From positions 4,154,001 to 4,218,000 of the forward strand of contig NC_043004.1 of the NCBI RefSeq assembly GCF_006345805.1: 64,000 nucleotides of DNA. The letters are read 5' to 3'. The notes below the pieces were generated by a model. It did not search any database and was not told the origin of the DNA. It was given only the letters and a program-made list of their open reading frames with translations. Source of the stretch: Octopus sinensis (Eukaryota). Below are positions 10,733 through 22,902 of this stretch, piece by piece. Made by a program: the position numbers and the translations under genes. Position 1 is the first letter of the stretch. Every line of letters begins with the position of its first letter.

Positions 10733-13188
10733 AATATTTTAATATTCCTCAAAGTACCATTCAAATAATCTATGGAACAATTCTATTTCACACAAAAGAC
10801 AGGTTCGACAATCTCCTGCTAATATCTACAGCCAAGTACATTTTTGAGGTCTGAACAAACGGTTAAAATTTCTAATTATGTATAAAATAATTTTATATTT
10901 GGCTTTCTATAAGGGTAGAGCTTATCAGTAGGAGTTGTAATTGTAATCAAGCAATCATCATCATCATCTAATCTCACCTCATTTTCGGAGTGTATCAAGG
11001 ACTACATGATACTGTATTGTGCAGTCGAGTTTATTTATCCATTCAATGATGGTAGAGGGTGATTAGGAGATTTAACTGATATTTTAGCAAGTCGAGCAAT
11101 TACTGAGAAACCTTCCCCTTTGATTTTTATGATTCTTAAGTTGATATTAATGATAATTTTTAAATTGAATACTTTAAATATCTGTATTAATGTGTTCTTG
11201 AAATTATCTATGCAGATGTCATTCAAATAGCAGGAGACTGGGAGCCATCATCTCTATTGGGTCCTACACATGAAAATCTTTTTGATTCATTTTTTCCGTA
11301 AGTGCATTTAAATGTACAAGACAGAAATTCACATATTTCTGTGCCTTCAAAGTTACCCACAGACATTCAAATATGGAAAAGTGGACATTAAAACACATAC
11401 ACACACACAGGGAGGGAGGGAGTGAGTGAGTTGTCCCTCAATTACTCAAATGAATAAATGAGCATTTCATTAAATTAAAATAAATTACTTGTGTGTGTGT
11501 GTATGTGTAAGAGATATGAGAGAGAAATGTGTGAGAAAGAATGTGTTGGGCAATTTAGAACAGCACTTGAAACCCAACAATTCCACAGAGAATTATGAAG
11601 TGGAAATAAAACATTAATATGGGAAGAGGTAGGGCCTTGTGCTGTGAGAAAGATTTGAGAAAATGTGGAGAGCAATCTGGGTTGATGAAAGTAATGTAAC
11701 AGCCTGAATAAAGATGAAGAAATCAATTAACCAGAAAAGGCTCTAAATGAATAGAAGCTAGTCTTCGATGTTGGACAAAATATCATGACAACTCTATGAT
11801 TTGCATGAATGAAAATCTGGTGAGTAACTATAGAAGGAACAGAAAAAACTAAGTAATGGTTCACTTTGCAAGAAAAAAGAAAAAGCAAGTTACCTAGATA
11901 TAGTCTTAACAATTCTTATACTTTGAAATATAATACAGAATTATATTACAAACATGAAAATTAGAGTTAATATAACAATGATAATGACAAAACCAAACAG
12001 CTTGATAAGAAAAAATATAAAATCATTCTTAGATAAATAAGGCAAAAAAGAAATTTTTTTTGTTTTTAGTTTTGTGGGAAGTCAGTGAAACCATTTTGCT
12101 TGGGCTAAATGGGACTATCACAGCTTTTGACATTGGAGCTTATAAAATTTACCAGTTTGCCTTTAGTAAAACATTCATTCTCATCATTCCTTTGTACAGT
12201 ATTAAAGGATAAAAAAATAGCACTTAATGTAAGAAATTACCTTCATAAGCATTGAATATGTTAAAATGTATTTCACTAAGTTTCGATATATGATACAGAA
12301 TTATTAATTTTGACATGGGTGAGTATTTTCACTCACTCCCCTCAACTACATATAAAACTTAAACAGGAAAAGTAATGAGCTAGAAGAAATAATTTAAATA
12401 TTAGTGAAAGCTTCCAAATATAAAGAAATAACAAGATGGAGAAACTAGTTAAAGAGATGAAGATGATAAAATGACGAGAGGGAAAGTAATCATTTTACAT
12501 TCAAATTCAGAGACATTAACTGTGCCAAGAATCTATCAGCAGAGATAAGACATTGGCAAAGGTGAGGACTAGATAGAAAATACAACAGAGATCAGAGAAG
12601 TGGGAGTGGAAAAGCTGAAGAATTATTCTAGTAGTACTCTTCAGAATATGAGTACATACTTTAAGTACAATAGTTTCAGCTACAGAAATGTTACAAATGT
12701 TTTTATGACTGTTCCTTAGGAACAAAATATGATAGAAGAAAGGAAAAGATAAGGAGGAAAAAAAAAAATGAACAAAAAAAAAACCACTAATCTCTGCCAA
12801 CTTAATTATAAAAGATGAAAGTTTTACACAGTAAAGAATGGCTGGGAGCATATAAAGATATAGCCAGCTTCCAGTTTGAATAGAGCATTAAAGCAGTAAT
12901 AACTTGTGGTGACATCAAGCAACACAGCTAGCAGCAAGGTGCCTGGTGATAGAAGGGCATGAACCAGTCTGGCAGGACTCAGTTTTCCCATCCATGTTTC
13001 ACACTCATTCCCCAACCATACCATTACAGTCACTTCCAAGAGAACCAAACTCAGGAAAGCCAGCATAACTAAGAGAACAAAGAGGTAAAGGTCTGGCACA
13101 CTTAATGGACATGTGCTAAACTGCCTAAAATGTGTTGTGTTCTGCTGGCTTTAACAGCTGCGCTCGTGTTCCTTGGAGATGCTGGTTG

Positions 13189-13249
13189 TCACATAGTCAC
13201 ATTCAAAGGGGTTCGCTGATGGACTGCTCCTCGCTTCAAACGGGATGAC
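13189..13249 (-). CDS. nudE: NudE homolog, most likely terminal coding exon: (R)SSRLKRGAVHQRTPLNVTM*
   Basis: Pyrimidine-rich acceptor tttcttttgcttttcttgaaag|G in the required phase 2. CpG is retained locally, as in the confirmed exons. It encodes a short basic tail and is followed by about 2.4 kb of SINE-free, U-rich (on the minus strand) UTR-like sequence. Homology was not verified. Confidence 0.65.
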
Positions 13250-13364
13250 CTTTCAAGAAAAGCAAAAGAAACATTTCTAAAATATAATTTAAGAAACAAA
13301 AACACAGAAAGAATAATATGCATGTATCCAACATTCTAGTTTAGACAAAATTTGGTGTATTTAA

Positions 13365-13930
13365 CCCTTTAGTATTCCTGTTACTCAACCAAATATAAAA
13401 GACCTCTTTTGGTCATGAATGACTATGGGGTTGCACCTAGAAACTTCTCCTCCAAGGCACAAGCCCAGGCAAGGTTATTTACGGGGGACCAGCAGTTGCC
13501 TATGCATATCAGCCTCTCCTCTCCACACCATTGATGTTGTCCAAGGGAAAGGCAAAGGTCGATGCAATTTGACACTAGTGACCTTGCAACTCATTTCTAC
13601 AGCTGAGTGAACAAACTGGAGCAACATGAAATAAAGTGTCTTGCTCAAGAACACAACACACAGCTTGGTCTGGGAATCAAACTCATTATCTTGTGATTGT
13701 GAATCCCACACTAACCACTGAGCCATGCGCCTTCACTACTAAATGTAATGCTTCTTTATTCACATTGTTTTGAATTAATCATGCAATATTTCATAGCTTT
13801 GAGATTTCAATGATGTAATTGTTTATTTTTAGAATGACATTGTAGGGTAGGTGTAAAAGGCTTGATTTGGCAAGTCTGAACACAAGACAGACTATTTGGG
13901 TTGGAAATGACTGGTTTAAATGCTAAAGGG
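13365..13930. mobile_element. piggyBac-like MITE with a nested SINE (about 13401-13735)
   Basis: TTAA|CCCTTTAGTATT ... AATGCTAAAGGG|TTAA. The internal sequence is shared with the copies at 31809 and about 21300. Confidence 0.8.
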
Positions 13931-14413
13931 TTAAATATCTTCACAATGAAAGAAAAAAGTCATAAAAGTAAAACTTTTCAGCTTTCAATCAACACTTTTC
14001 AAAGACCAAAGCTGTAATTAATATTTTAAACATAAAACACATAATAAAGACATTGACAAGAGAAATGTAGACAGAAGAAGAGAGAAGGATGGGATCTGAA
14101 TAACTCATAAGATTTCAAATCTGCTCATCAATATAGTTTGTCGCTTTTAGGACTGACTTTGTAAATATTGCCAAAAGACAAGGACAAATGAGGTAGGAAT
14201 TTTAAAATGCACATTTAATTTCGTCTTTTCGTCCTTCAACTGGTTTCAGTCACTGGACCAAGCCCGCTGAGGCACCACCACCAAGAGTTTTGGGCAATTA
14301 TATTAGAGGCAAAATAGCAAAAATTGAGCTGGACATAAAGGAGTGTAATTAGAACATTCAGAAACAGAGACTTGCAGAAATAGAGCTCACTTGTGCAGGG
14401 GTTGCAAACACAG

Positions 14414-15445
14414 GTGTGGCTGTGTGGCAAGAAGCTTGCTTACCAACTACATGGTTCCAGGTTCAGTCTCACTGTATGGCACCTTAGGCAAGTGTCTTCT
14501 ATTATAGCCTCGGGCCAACTAAAGCTCCATGAGTGGATTTGTTCCCAACCAACATAATGCTTCCTTATGGCCAGACAGGTTTCCACAGAATAATGAAAGT
14601 GAAGGACACCACTTGTATGAGTGACTCATTTACAATCATCACATTATATATATATATATATATATATAGGTGCAGGAGAGGCTGTGTGGTATATATATAT
14701 ATATATATAGGTGCAGGAGAGGCTTGCTTCCCAACTACATGGTTCTAGGTTCAGTCCCACTGCGTGACACTTTGGGCAAGTGTTCTCTACTATAGCTGAC
14801 CAAAGCCTTGTGAGTGGATTTAGTAGATGGAAACTGAAAGAAGCCCATCATATATAATATATACATATATGTGTGTTTGTTCCCCCCACCACCACCACAC
14901 ACAAACACATCATCGCTTTGACAACTGATGTTGGTGTGATTACGTCCCCGTAACGTAGTGGTTTGGCAAAAGGGACTAATAGGGTAAGTACTAGGCTTAC
15001 AAAGAATAAGTCCTGGGGTCAATTTGTTCAACTAAAGGTGGTGTTCCAGCACAGCCACAGTCAAATGACAGAAACAAGTAAAAGAGTGCATGTGTGTGTG
15101 TGTATATATATATATACACACACACACAAAAAAACAAAGGACTTATATCAGTTTCTATCTATCAAACCAAATCCACTCAAGTGCCATGCTGAACCCAAAA
15201 TTATGTAGTTGGGAAACAAACTTCTTAACCACACAGCCATGTCTGCACCTAACATATATATATATATACACACACACACATGCACACACACACACACACA
15301 TACAGAGCTCACACAAGCATGGCTGTGTGGTTAAAAAATTAACTTTGCAACTTTGTGATTCTGGGTTCAATCTCATAGAGTGATGCCTTGAGCAGGTGTT
15401 TTCCACTATATCCCTGGGGCTTTGTGAGTGAATCTGGTTGACAGA
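14414..15445. mobile_element. Cluster of SINE A-family copies: 14414-14545 (+), 14715-15085 (+), 15140-15245 (-), 15320-15445 (+)
   Basis: Repeated head and core motifs in both orientations, separated by microsatellites. Confidence 0.8.
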
Positions 15446-16057
15446 TACTCAAGTAAACCTCCCCTGCATACAAGTGTGCATGTGTGAGTGCACATGCAGA
15501 TGTGCATGTGCTTGATAATTATCACTCGGTGAAATAATGGTGGTATATTACATTACAACCAATGGCTTTGTGCTTTCAAAGACCAGTGGAATAAAAATGA
15601 TCCCCTACTTGAAAAACATGTGAGGACTGGCAACAGAAAGAACATCCAAATGTGAAATCCTGCTTTATAAATCAATCCGCATCCAAGCTATGAAGCAGGG
15701 GGTGGGTTGAAGAAAAAAATTATGAACATGCTTCCACTCCAGTTTCTCTCTACCAAATTTCATTCCCAAGCTTCTGGTCAACCTGAGGCACCTGCCCAAG
15801 GTAACATGGTACCATGAAAAGAGATTAAATCCAGAACTGTGTGGTTGCCAAGTGAAATTCTTAATCATGTGAGCTTGTCTTGGTTACTTAAGTTAGCAGA
15901 CCAAGCAGACCTATTAATAGTAATTTGGAGTAAATTTGGCCTTGAGCTGACAATAACATACACAGGCAACAATAACATGCAGTAAATTATCAATTAATTC
16001 ATCAAAAATCCATACAATTAACTAATCTGACTATCATTGTTTAAAATGGCTATAGTT

Positions 16058-16058
<1 letters not shown>

Positions 16059-16107
<49 letters not shown>
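16059..16107. repeat. (AGT)n microsatellite
   Basis: Direct reading. Confidence 0.98.
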
Positions 16108-19100
16108 ACAATAGCAGCAGCAGTAGCAGCAATGTAGTAGTGGTATTAGTAATATAAGTAGTTAGTAATTTAATTCTCTTTCTCATTTACCATTAGGCCC
16201 CACTGAAGTGCCTACATTTCAAGTAGTAATCAGTGGGCAGGGGATACACATACATAGGAAATGTCTCCCATTGCCTACCTAACCCAGACCCAAGGAAGGA
16301 TTTCAACCCAGTACCTTCAGCAGTTCAAACCAACTATTCAGTGACTGCTTTTGTTTGTAACTATTTATAGTTAGGGCAAAAGATGCTAATGAGAGTTCAC
16401 TGTCTTAGTCAACAAGCAAACCACAATGGTAGTGATGGTAGAGGCAAGATATGAACTGCTGGTCATCATTTTTCCCTATAACAATCAATTTGACCATCTG
16501 CAACACTCACACAAGGTTAGTAAATCAGAATCAAAAAACAAAACAATGCAGTAGTATATTACCAAGTAAAAAAAAAGAAGAAGAAAAACAAGCCTTGTTC
16601 CTTAGTCCCAACATTTCTTTTTTATCATGCTCCAGATGGTCTACCCTTACTAGCTATCATTATCATTTCATTATCTATTATTTCTTCCATGCAGCAAGTG
16701 TACAAGTATTTATGCTAACTGGCTCCTCCATAACATGCACAACAAAAGAAAAGGCAGCATAAAGTTGAAGTGGCACACACAAAACTTTGAGTAGATTCAC
16801 TAAATGCGGTTTCGTGTTAAAAGTGAAATTTGCTACAGAAATGAGGAATCTATAACACAGAGAGGTACAGACAAGAGTGGTGCTGAGAACATGCAACAAT
16901 TACAAAACCAAAAGACATTCAGTTAAGGGGTATGTCTACTAAACATCCTTCAGGATGTGGCAAGAGTTACTTGAGCTGTCCAATTTACAAGTTATGTCAT
17001 ATTCTAAGCTGTTATCTAATATGTGACAGTGTCTAATAACTAAAAACAAATGTTTTTGTTTTCAAGAAAAATAACTCAATCTATTCAACATAAAGCGACC
17101 ATTAAATGTGTTCGAGGTAAACCTCTTCATCAATAATCAATAATTACATGTATTATTCAATCGATATTGTTTCCCCACACAATAAGGCTTTTGTTAGCTA
17201 ATTGTGTCCTGCTCTCAATGAAACTTCACCGACTTTTGTCATCAATGTTTTTTTTAAATATGTTCTAAGTGATACACCAACATTTCATATCTACTGTGAA
17301 CATCAATTTCATCTTTTTCAGGAAAGAGAATGGAATGAATTAAAAACAGTAAAGAGATAATTTGTTCACCTTACATACCAGAGATGTTGTCTGAACAAGT
17401 TTCAAAGCACTGGCAGAATCTTAATAACTGTTCTTTGCTGTTTTAATTACCTAATTTCCAAATTTCTGTATAACAAAATAAAGACACTAAAAATACATTT
17501 CTCAGCAAATTTAAATGCTACTATAAATTATTGATGTAGGGTGTTCTCTCTCACAAATAATCAGCTATAAGAATGAAGAATTAAGCTGACTTTTGTTTAA
17601 ACTTTCATTTCTGTTGAGACTGAGTAGACAGTTGCGTTAACCAACCAACCTCTAGTAATAGTAATATGATTAGAATGAGTAGGGTAGCATAGTCAGCCAG
17701 ATAACTATTCATGGAAAGATAAGAATTTAGACAGACCCAGTCAGCTGGTGAATGTTGGTTAGTCTTAACACCTACAGCACAGAAGTAATCAAATGACCAA
17801 ATTACTGACTGATTGAAACTAGCACACATACACCCAATATAATAAGTTATGTATGCTGGTTAAACCTCTTACCTATCGAAGATAAAAGTGTTTTCTGAAC
17901 AGTAGAGAGCATAATTCAATTACTCATAATAGGATCCTAACAGATAAACAATGAATAGGCCATAACTATATTTCAGGCCAACATATTATTTGGTCACTGT
18001 GCTGTTTTGATGAAACTAGATAGTATTTGATTAGTGTTTTGGCTGACAACATATGGTTCTAATAATAGTAGGAGGAAGAAAGACAGTAATAACAAAGGTG
18101 CTGAAATCAGGACGAAATAAAGCCACATAATCACAAACACGAAGAATCTGGAAACTTATAGCAATAAGGAACAAAAGAAAAAGTTACTGTGAAAACAAAA
18201 GAAGAAATGAAAGGTGTAATGAACAGAAGATGTGATGTTTCAAGCAAGAGAAAGAGATGTGTGTAGGAGCCAGTAGAAGAAGAAGAAAATACATATAAAT
18301 GATGCAATATTCCTCACCAATACTGCCTTTCCATTGCCTTCTATCAGAATATGTGGTGGCACTGAGAAGCTGCTGCCTGTAGGGAGCAACAACAAAACAC
18401 ATAACAAACACACATGCACCACAGATGTTGCTCAAGTGACAATGGTAAGAAGGATAAGCAAATGTGACAAGAGCCAATGGAAACATTGGGGGGAAATACA
18501 ATTAGGAGGTCAAAACAAAACAAAACAAAAAGAAAAAAAAGAAACAGTTGTTGCTAGGGTATGCATTCGAACTCAAAATAGATCGACAACAGGAACAGTG
18601 ATAAATAACATGAAGAACAAGTGTGACAATGAATGAGAAAAAAAAGAAGCTAAGATAGAAAATTCAGATTAAAACACAAGAAATGTTTTAAGACAATAAA
18701 AATAACAGCTTACATACTTTGTCCCCACAGTAAATATTAAGAAAATACCTCAATTCTCTATATAAAACATTGTATATGTACACTAAAAAAATCAAAATAT
18801 AGAAGTATGTTTGCATGGGAGTGAGTGTGTGCGTGTATGTGCATGAAATTTTAAGAAAATAAAACGATTATAAAAGTAAAACTAGTTGACAGTATGTAAT
18901 AAAAAAAGGTGTCAACAGTTCTAGGAGACCTGAAATGATGTAAACTGCCACTGAGACCAGTGAACAACAAATGCTTGCATGACAAAGAAAGCAACAGAAT
19001 GAAATACAACATAACAACACTTACTATTACTTCTGCAATGAAGGGGGGAAGAAATTCTGAAGGATCAGAAATGCAGACAAGGCAGGGCGGAAGGAACTAA

Positions 19101-19630
19101 GTTTGGAAACAAAACAAATTTGGGACATGATACTCATTTTCTTGCCTGTGTCTCAGCCATTACAGCCAACATGAACAACTCTTTTGTTAATGCTTTTAAC
19201 AGACTGCTAAGCCAATGTGTAACATCAGATTTCAGTATCGTGTCTGCATTAGTTTTTATATAGACTTCTGGTGAAGCAATTTAGACAGGCAAAACAACAA
19301 CTGAGTTGGTTAATTGCTTGGAGATGACAAATTAACATTTCAGCTGTTGTTTGTGTTTAGATGAAAAGAATCATAATAATGGTCAGCAATACAGCAATGA
19401 TAGTTAACAAACACGACGACCAGGTCTCAATTCTTGGAAGATCAGAGCATTATTTCAGGACACATCTTTGTTGATTTGCAGAACAGTAGACATACTACAG
19501 AATATGGTAGTGTTGGCTGAATTTTAAAGCTTAAGGTGTGTCGATTGGAAGGCGTGTCATCAGAGCGGAGGAGGTGCATGTCGGGCCTACCTGTCAATAT
19601 GAAAAACCTTTTTCTAATTCACAGAGTAGT

Positions 19631-19856
19631 TCAAGCGACCGGTCTTGTTGTGTTTCTGTTTGTTTCATTGCATCCATGTGGCCAGCAGCTGTTGTTGTTA
19701 GCTCGAGGATGGCTGGCAGAGACAAGGCGTGCTGTACAATTCAGTAATTCAGGATACTTATTGACAGCATCAAATAGCATTCTCTGAAGACTTTCAATGC
19801 ATTGTTTATCTGGCCGAGAAGCCGGGGACACTAGCAAATGGACAGCGAATGAAGAC
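19631..19856 (-). CDS. nudE: Candidate alternative NudE terminal exon: (R)SSFAVHLLVSPASRPDKQCIESLQRMLFDAVNKYPELLNCTAR...TTRPVA*
   Basis: Acceptor gtcgttgtttgtcatttggtag|G in phase 2, in frame with track ORF 19631..19882. The region is conspicuously CpG- and GC-richer than the flanking intron. Confidence 0.45.
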
Positions 19857-20478
19857 CTACCAAATGACAAACAACGACACAATTAGACAAAGCAGAATCA
19901 AGCAAGAACAGGGAAACACAAGCCTTGTTCCTACCCTCTACATCCAGAAATATGGCTAGGCACAGACCTGTAGAAAAATTGGATAAGTTTCCAGAATTAA
20001 AGTTTTGAATTATTTTACAACATGAAATTTAAGGAAATGAATACAGGAAGATCAACAAGCAGTTAACTGATGTATAACTTGCTGAAATCAGGTGCATGTA
20101 TGGTGTTTATATTTTACTGAAGATACATTAAAACATATCTAATTCACAACAGATACCACCTGCTTACAATGAACATTATAAAAAGGAACTTTTACATTAC
20201 ACTAGCCATCACAACATATGATTTTAAATGATTTATAACCTCACAACAGATTACCTAACAGAAACAAAATATCCAGTTATATTACTACACAGCTAATACT
20301 ACCAACATTTAAAAAAAAATCTTTCAACAATTCCATTATCAAATACCTTGTCACTTCTGACATCATATAACAAATACAAATCAACATTTGTGTTTATTCA
20401 TGTTCATCAAACAATATCACAATAACAAAGACCAATAATATTAAAACTAAAATATCACAGCAAATCACAGTTCAATAC

Positions 20479-20491
20479 TCAGCAACTTGAT
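20479..20491 (-). CDS. nudE: Candidate alternative NudE terminal micro-ORF exon: (R)SSC*
   Basis: Strong acceptor ccaatttgttgtttccatttacag|A TCA AGT TGC TGA in phase 2. Confidence 0.4.
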
Positions 20492-20612
20492 CTGTAAATG
20501 GAAACAACAAATTGGACAGATTGATATTCCTTGGGTTTCATTTTTTCTAGAATGGGCCAACAAAACAGGTTTTTAACTGACGTTTCAGAAGAGCGAAAAA
20601 AGGTAACCAGCA

Positions 20613-20771
20613 GGGGCATAGCTAGAATAAATGGCACCATCAAAATTGCACCCCTACCCACAAACCAAAATTTTAATGGCTCAATTAGAAAATGATCTTG
20701 GCCAAAATTGTATCCCCCTCAAAGTGGCACCCAGGGCATGTACCCTGTTTGTCCCACCCTAGCTATGCCCC
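20613..20771. mobile_element. Harbinger/PIF-like MITE
   Basis: 13-bp TIR GGGGCATAGCTAG / CTAGCTATGCCCC and an internal GTGGCACCCAGGGCATG. The TSD is not clean. Confidence 0.6.
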
Positions 20772-20890
20772 CAGGTAACAAAACAAAAATGATACACACA
20801 CTATCACTGTTCTCTGTACTAAAGAAATAAAATATGGTTCAACTACAATAGCTCTTTGAAGAATTGAAAGAAAATGTAACCATACAATTC

Positions 20891-20893
<3 letters not shown>

Positions 20894-20953
<60 letters not shown>

Positions 20954-20979
20954 CGTGCGCGTGTGTGTGTGTGTGTGTG
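20894..20979. repeat. (TG)n microsatellite with a GC interruption
   Basis: Direct reading. Confidence 0.98.
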
Positions 20980-21299
20980 ATGATCCGTAGTTCTTATGCT
21001 GTATGGATCTGAAAATATGAATATTTACACATAATTTATCAGATCTGGTACCTTTATACTGTATGCCCTTTCTATGGCTAACAATGATGTGGGATGAACA
21101 ACAATTTTTTCAGCTAGAAAGTCAGACAAGTAGATTAACATACACTGCACTCTAATAAAGGGATACAATTCCTGACCACAGTTATGCATGAGTGAGTGAG
21201 AGAGAGAGAGAGAGAGAGAGCTAAAAGTAAATCCCTATTCTCATGTACGCACACCTCTGTATCATAGATCAGACTCGAGAACCTACAAATTTTACTCTA

Positions 21300-21487
21300 T
21301 GTTGGTATTTAAACCAGCTATGTCCAGCCAAAAAGTCTACCCATTTTATGTTCTCACACCTACTTTACAACGTCACTCAAAAAATAATCAAATCAAAATA
21401 TTGAAGCTACAAAATAATGCAAGGTTAATTCAAAACAATGTGAATAAATACACATAACATTTGACTAATCTGAATGCTAGGGTTAAC
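21300..21487. mobile_element. Degenerate copy of the piggyBac-like MITE
   Basis: TTAATTCAAAACAATGTGAATAAAT...CTGAATGCTAGGGTTAA right end; left end eroded. Confidence 0.55.
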
Positions 21488-22420
21488 TGATTTTCAACAG
21501 CAAAACATCAACCAAATCTATGCGAATATATATACGTACAGATATACAACTATATAACTACATGTATGTCTACATGCTCTTGCGCAGAGTTAGCACTACA
21601 TTAGAACCTGAAAGAGAAGCATTCAGTATAACTAGTTTCATTAAAAATTCCATCTTTTTGGTTAACTTTACTCCTAATTTTACTAATATCAATAAGCAAT
21701 AGTACAGACCATACCAATAATATTTTAATACACCTCAAAAAGAATTGACCTTTCCACTAAGATTTGGATTAAATGGAATTAAAGGGAAAATACTAGATCA
21801 AATCTATCAATTTGTTATTGAGAATTAAGCGATATTAACTAGAACTGACTATGTCAGAGTAACACACTAACCCCTGGCTCACTAACATGCTATCTCCCCA
21901 CTGTCTCTACTATCACTGCCACAGAAACTATTCCTTTGAAATGGCAAATCTTTTACTGATTCCACTTAGACACTTAGCTTGTTCATCTTTTCTCCTTTCA
22001 TTGTGTCACCCATAGTGTCTACCTTCTCTAGGACATCATTCCTCTTGAATTCTATCGCTGTCAGGTCCCCACCTGCAGACAACTTGCAACTACTAAAGAG
22101 AAACAGTCTCAGAGACCCAGCACTATCCCCTTTAATCAAACCAATGAAATATTTAGATAAAATAAATAAACCATGGAAAGCCTATACTTTTAATATAATT
22201 ATACACATTGCACTAGTTTAATTTTTGTCTAAACAAATCTAAAACATGACAGTAACACAAGGTTTGCCTCAACCAACTTCACACTTCAAGAAAATAATTT
22301 ACTACAAGCAGAAATTTGTATTAGTTAATACAGCAAATCATATCCAAAGTCACACACATGCACGTGTGTTGTGTGTGTTATATTAGAAATTTATTTACCG
22401 TTTTAAATCAGCTGTTCTGT

Positions 22421-22600
22421 ACTAGAGTGGGTGGGAAGGTATTTGTACACAGTTGGAAGAGAGATTTCTGCATTTTCTTTTACAGCTCAACGAAGTTCCA
22501 TCTGCTATTCACTCAACCATGAAGCTGTAGTGAGCTCTTGTTAGCCAGTCAGGCTGTGTAAATATCCAAAAGTGCAGAAAGGGTTCCCACCCACACTAGT
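22421..22600. repeat. Imperfect 180-bp inverted repeat (MITE-like or RNA hairpin)
   Basis: ACTAGAGTGGGTGGGAA / TTCCCACCCACACTAGT, plus a weaker inner arm (GGTATTTGTACACAG / CTGTGTAAATATCC). Confidence 0.65.
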
Positions 22601-22820
22601 GGTATATAAAATTAGATGCAAAACATTAAACACACACAAATATTAGTTTAAAAAGTTAACCAAAGACTACTACTAAAGCTATCTCTTGAAAAACAAATAG
22701 AACTTCCAGTGGCTTACATTCTTAGTTTAGTATCAAAGAGTAAATTTTTTTTTTTTAATGAAAAGTACCAAAATATGAAACAGTACAGTTCAGCACTGAA
22801 TCCTCACCTGCTGCATGCTT

Positions 22821-22902
22821 TCAAATATATACAGTGTTCTGGTCGGAGGAGTTTCTCGTCAGCTTTTGATATTTGCTCCTATGTGGTGCCAGCGACACTA
22901 AA
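22821..22902 (-). CDS. nudE: Candidate alternative NudE C-terminal exon: (R)LVSLAPHRSKYQKLTRNSSDQNTVYI*
   Basis: Acceptor ggttttaacattcag|T. Phase 2 is the only open phase. CpG is retained, and a donor CAG|gtgagg lies 13 nt after the stop (exon end 22808). Confidence 0.45.

Noticed and set aside
16678-16882. In-phase candidate terminal exon (R)TTLVCTSLCYRF...AAWKK* as a standalone feature
   Set aside because: It has a good acceptor but little CpG or compositional support, and ORFs of this size occur at background frequency here. It is kept only within the array finding.
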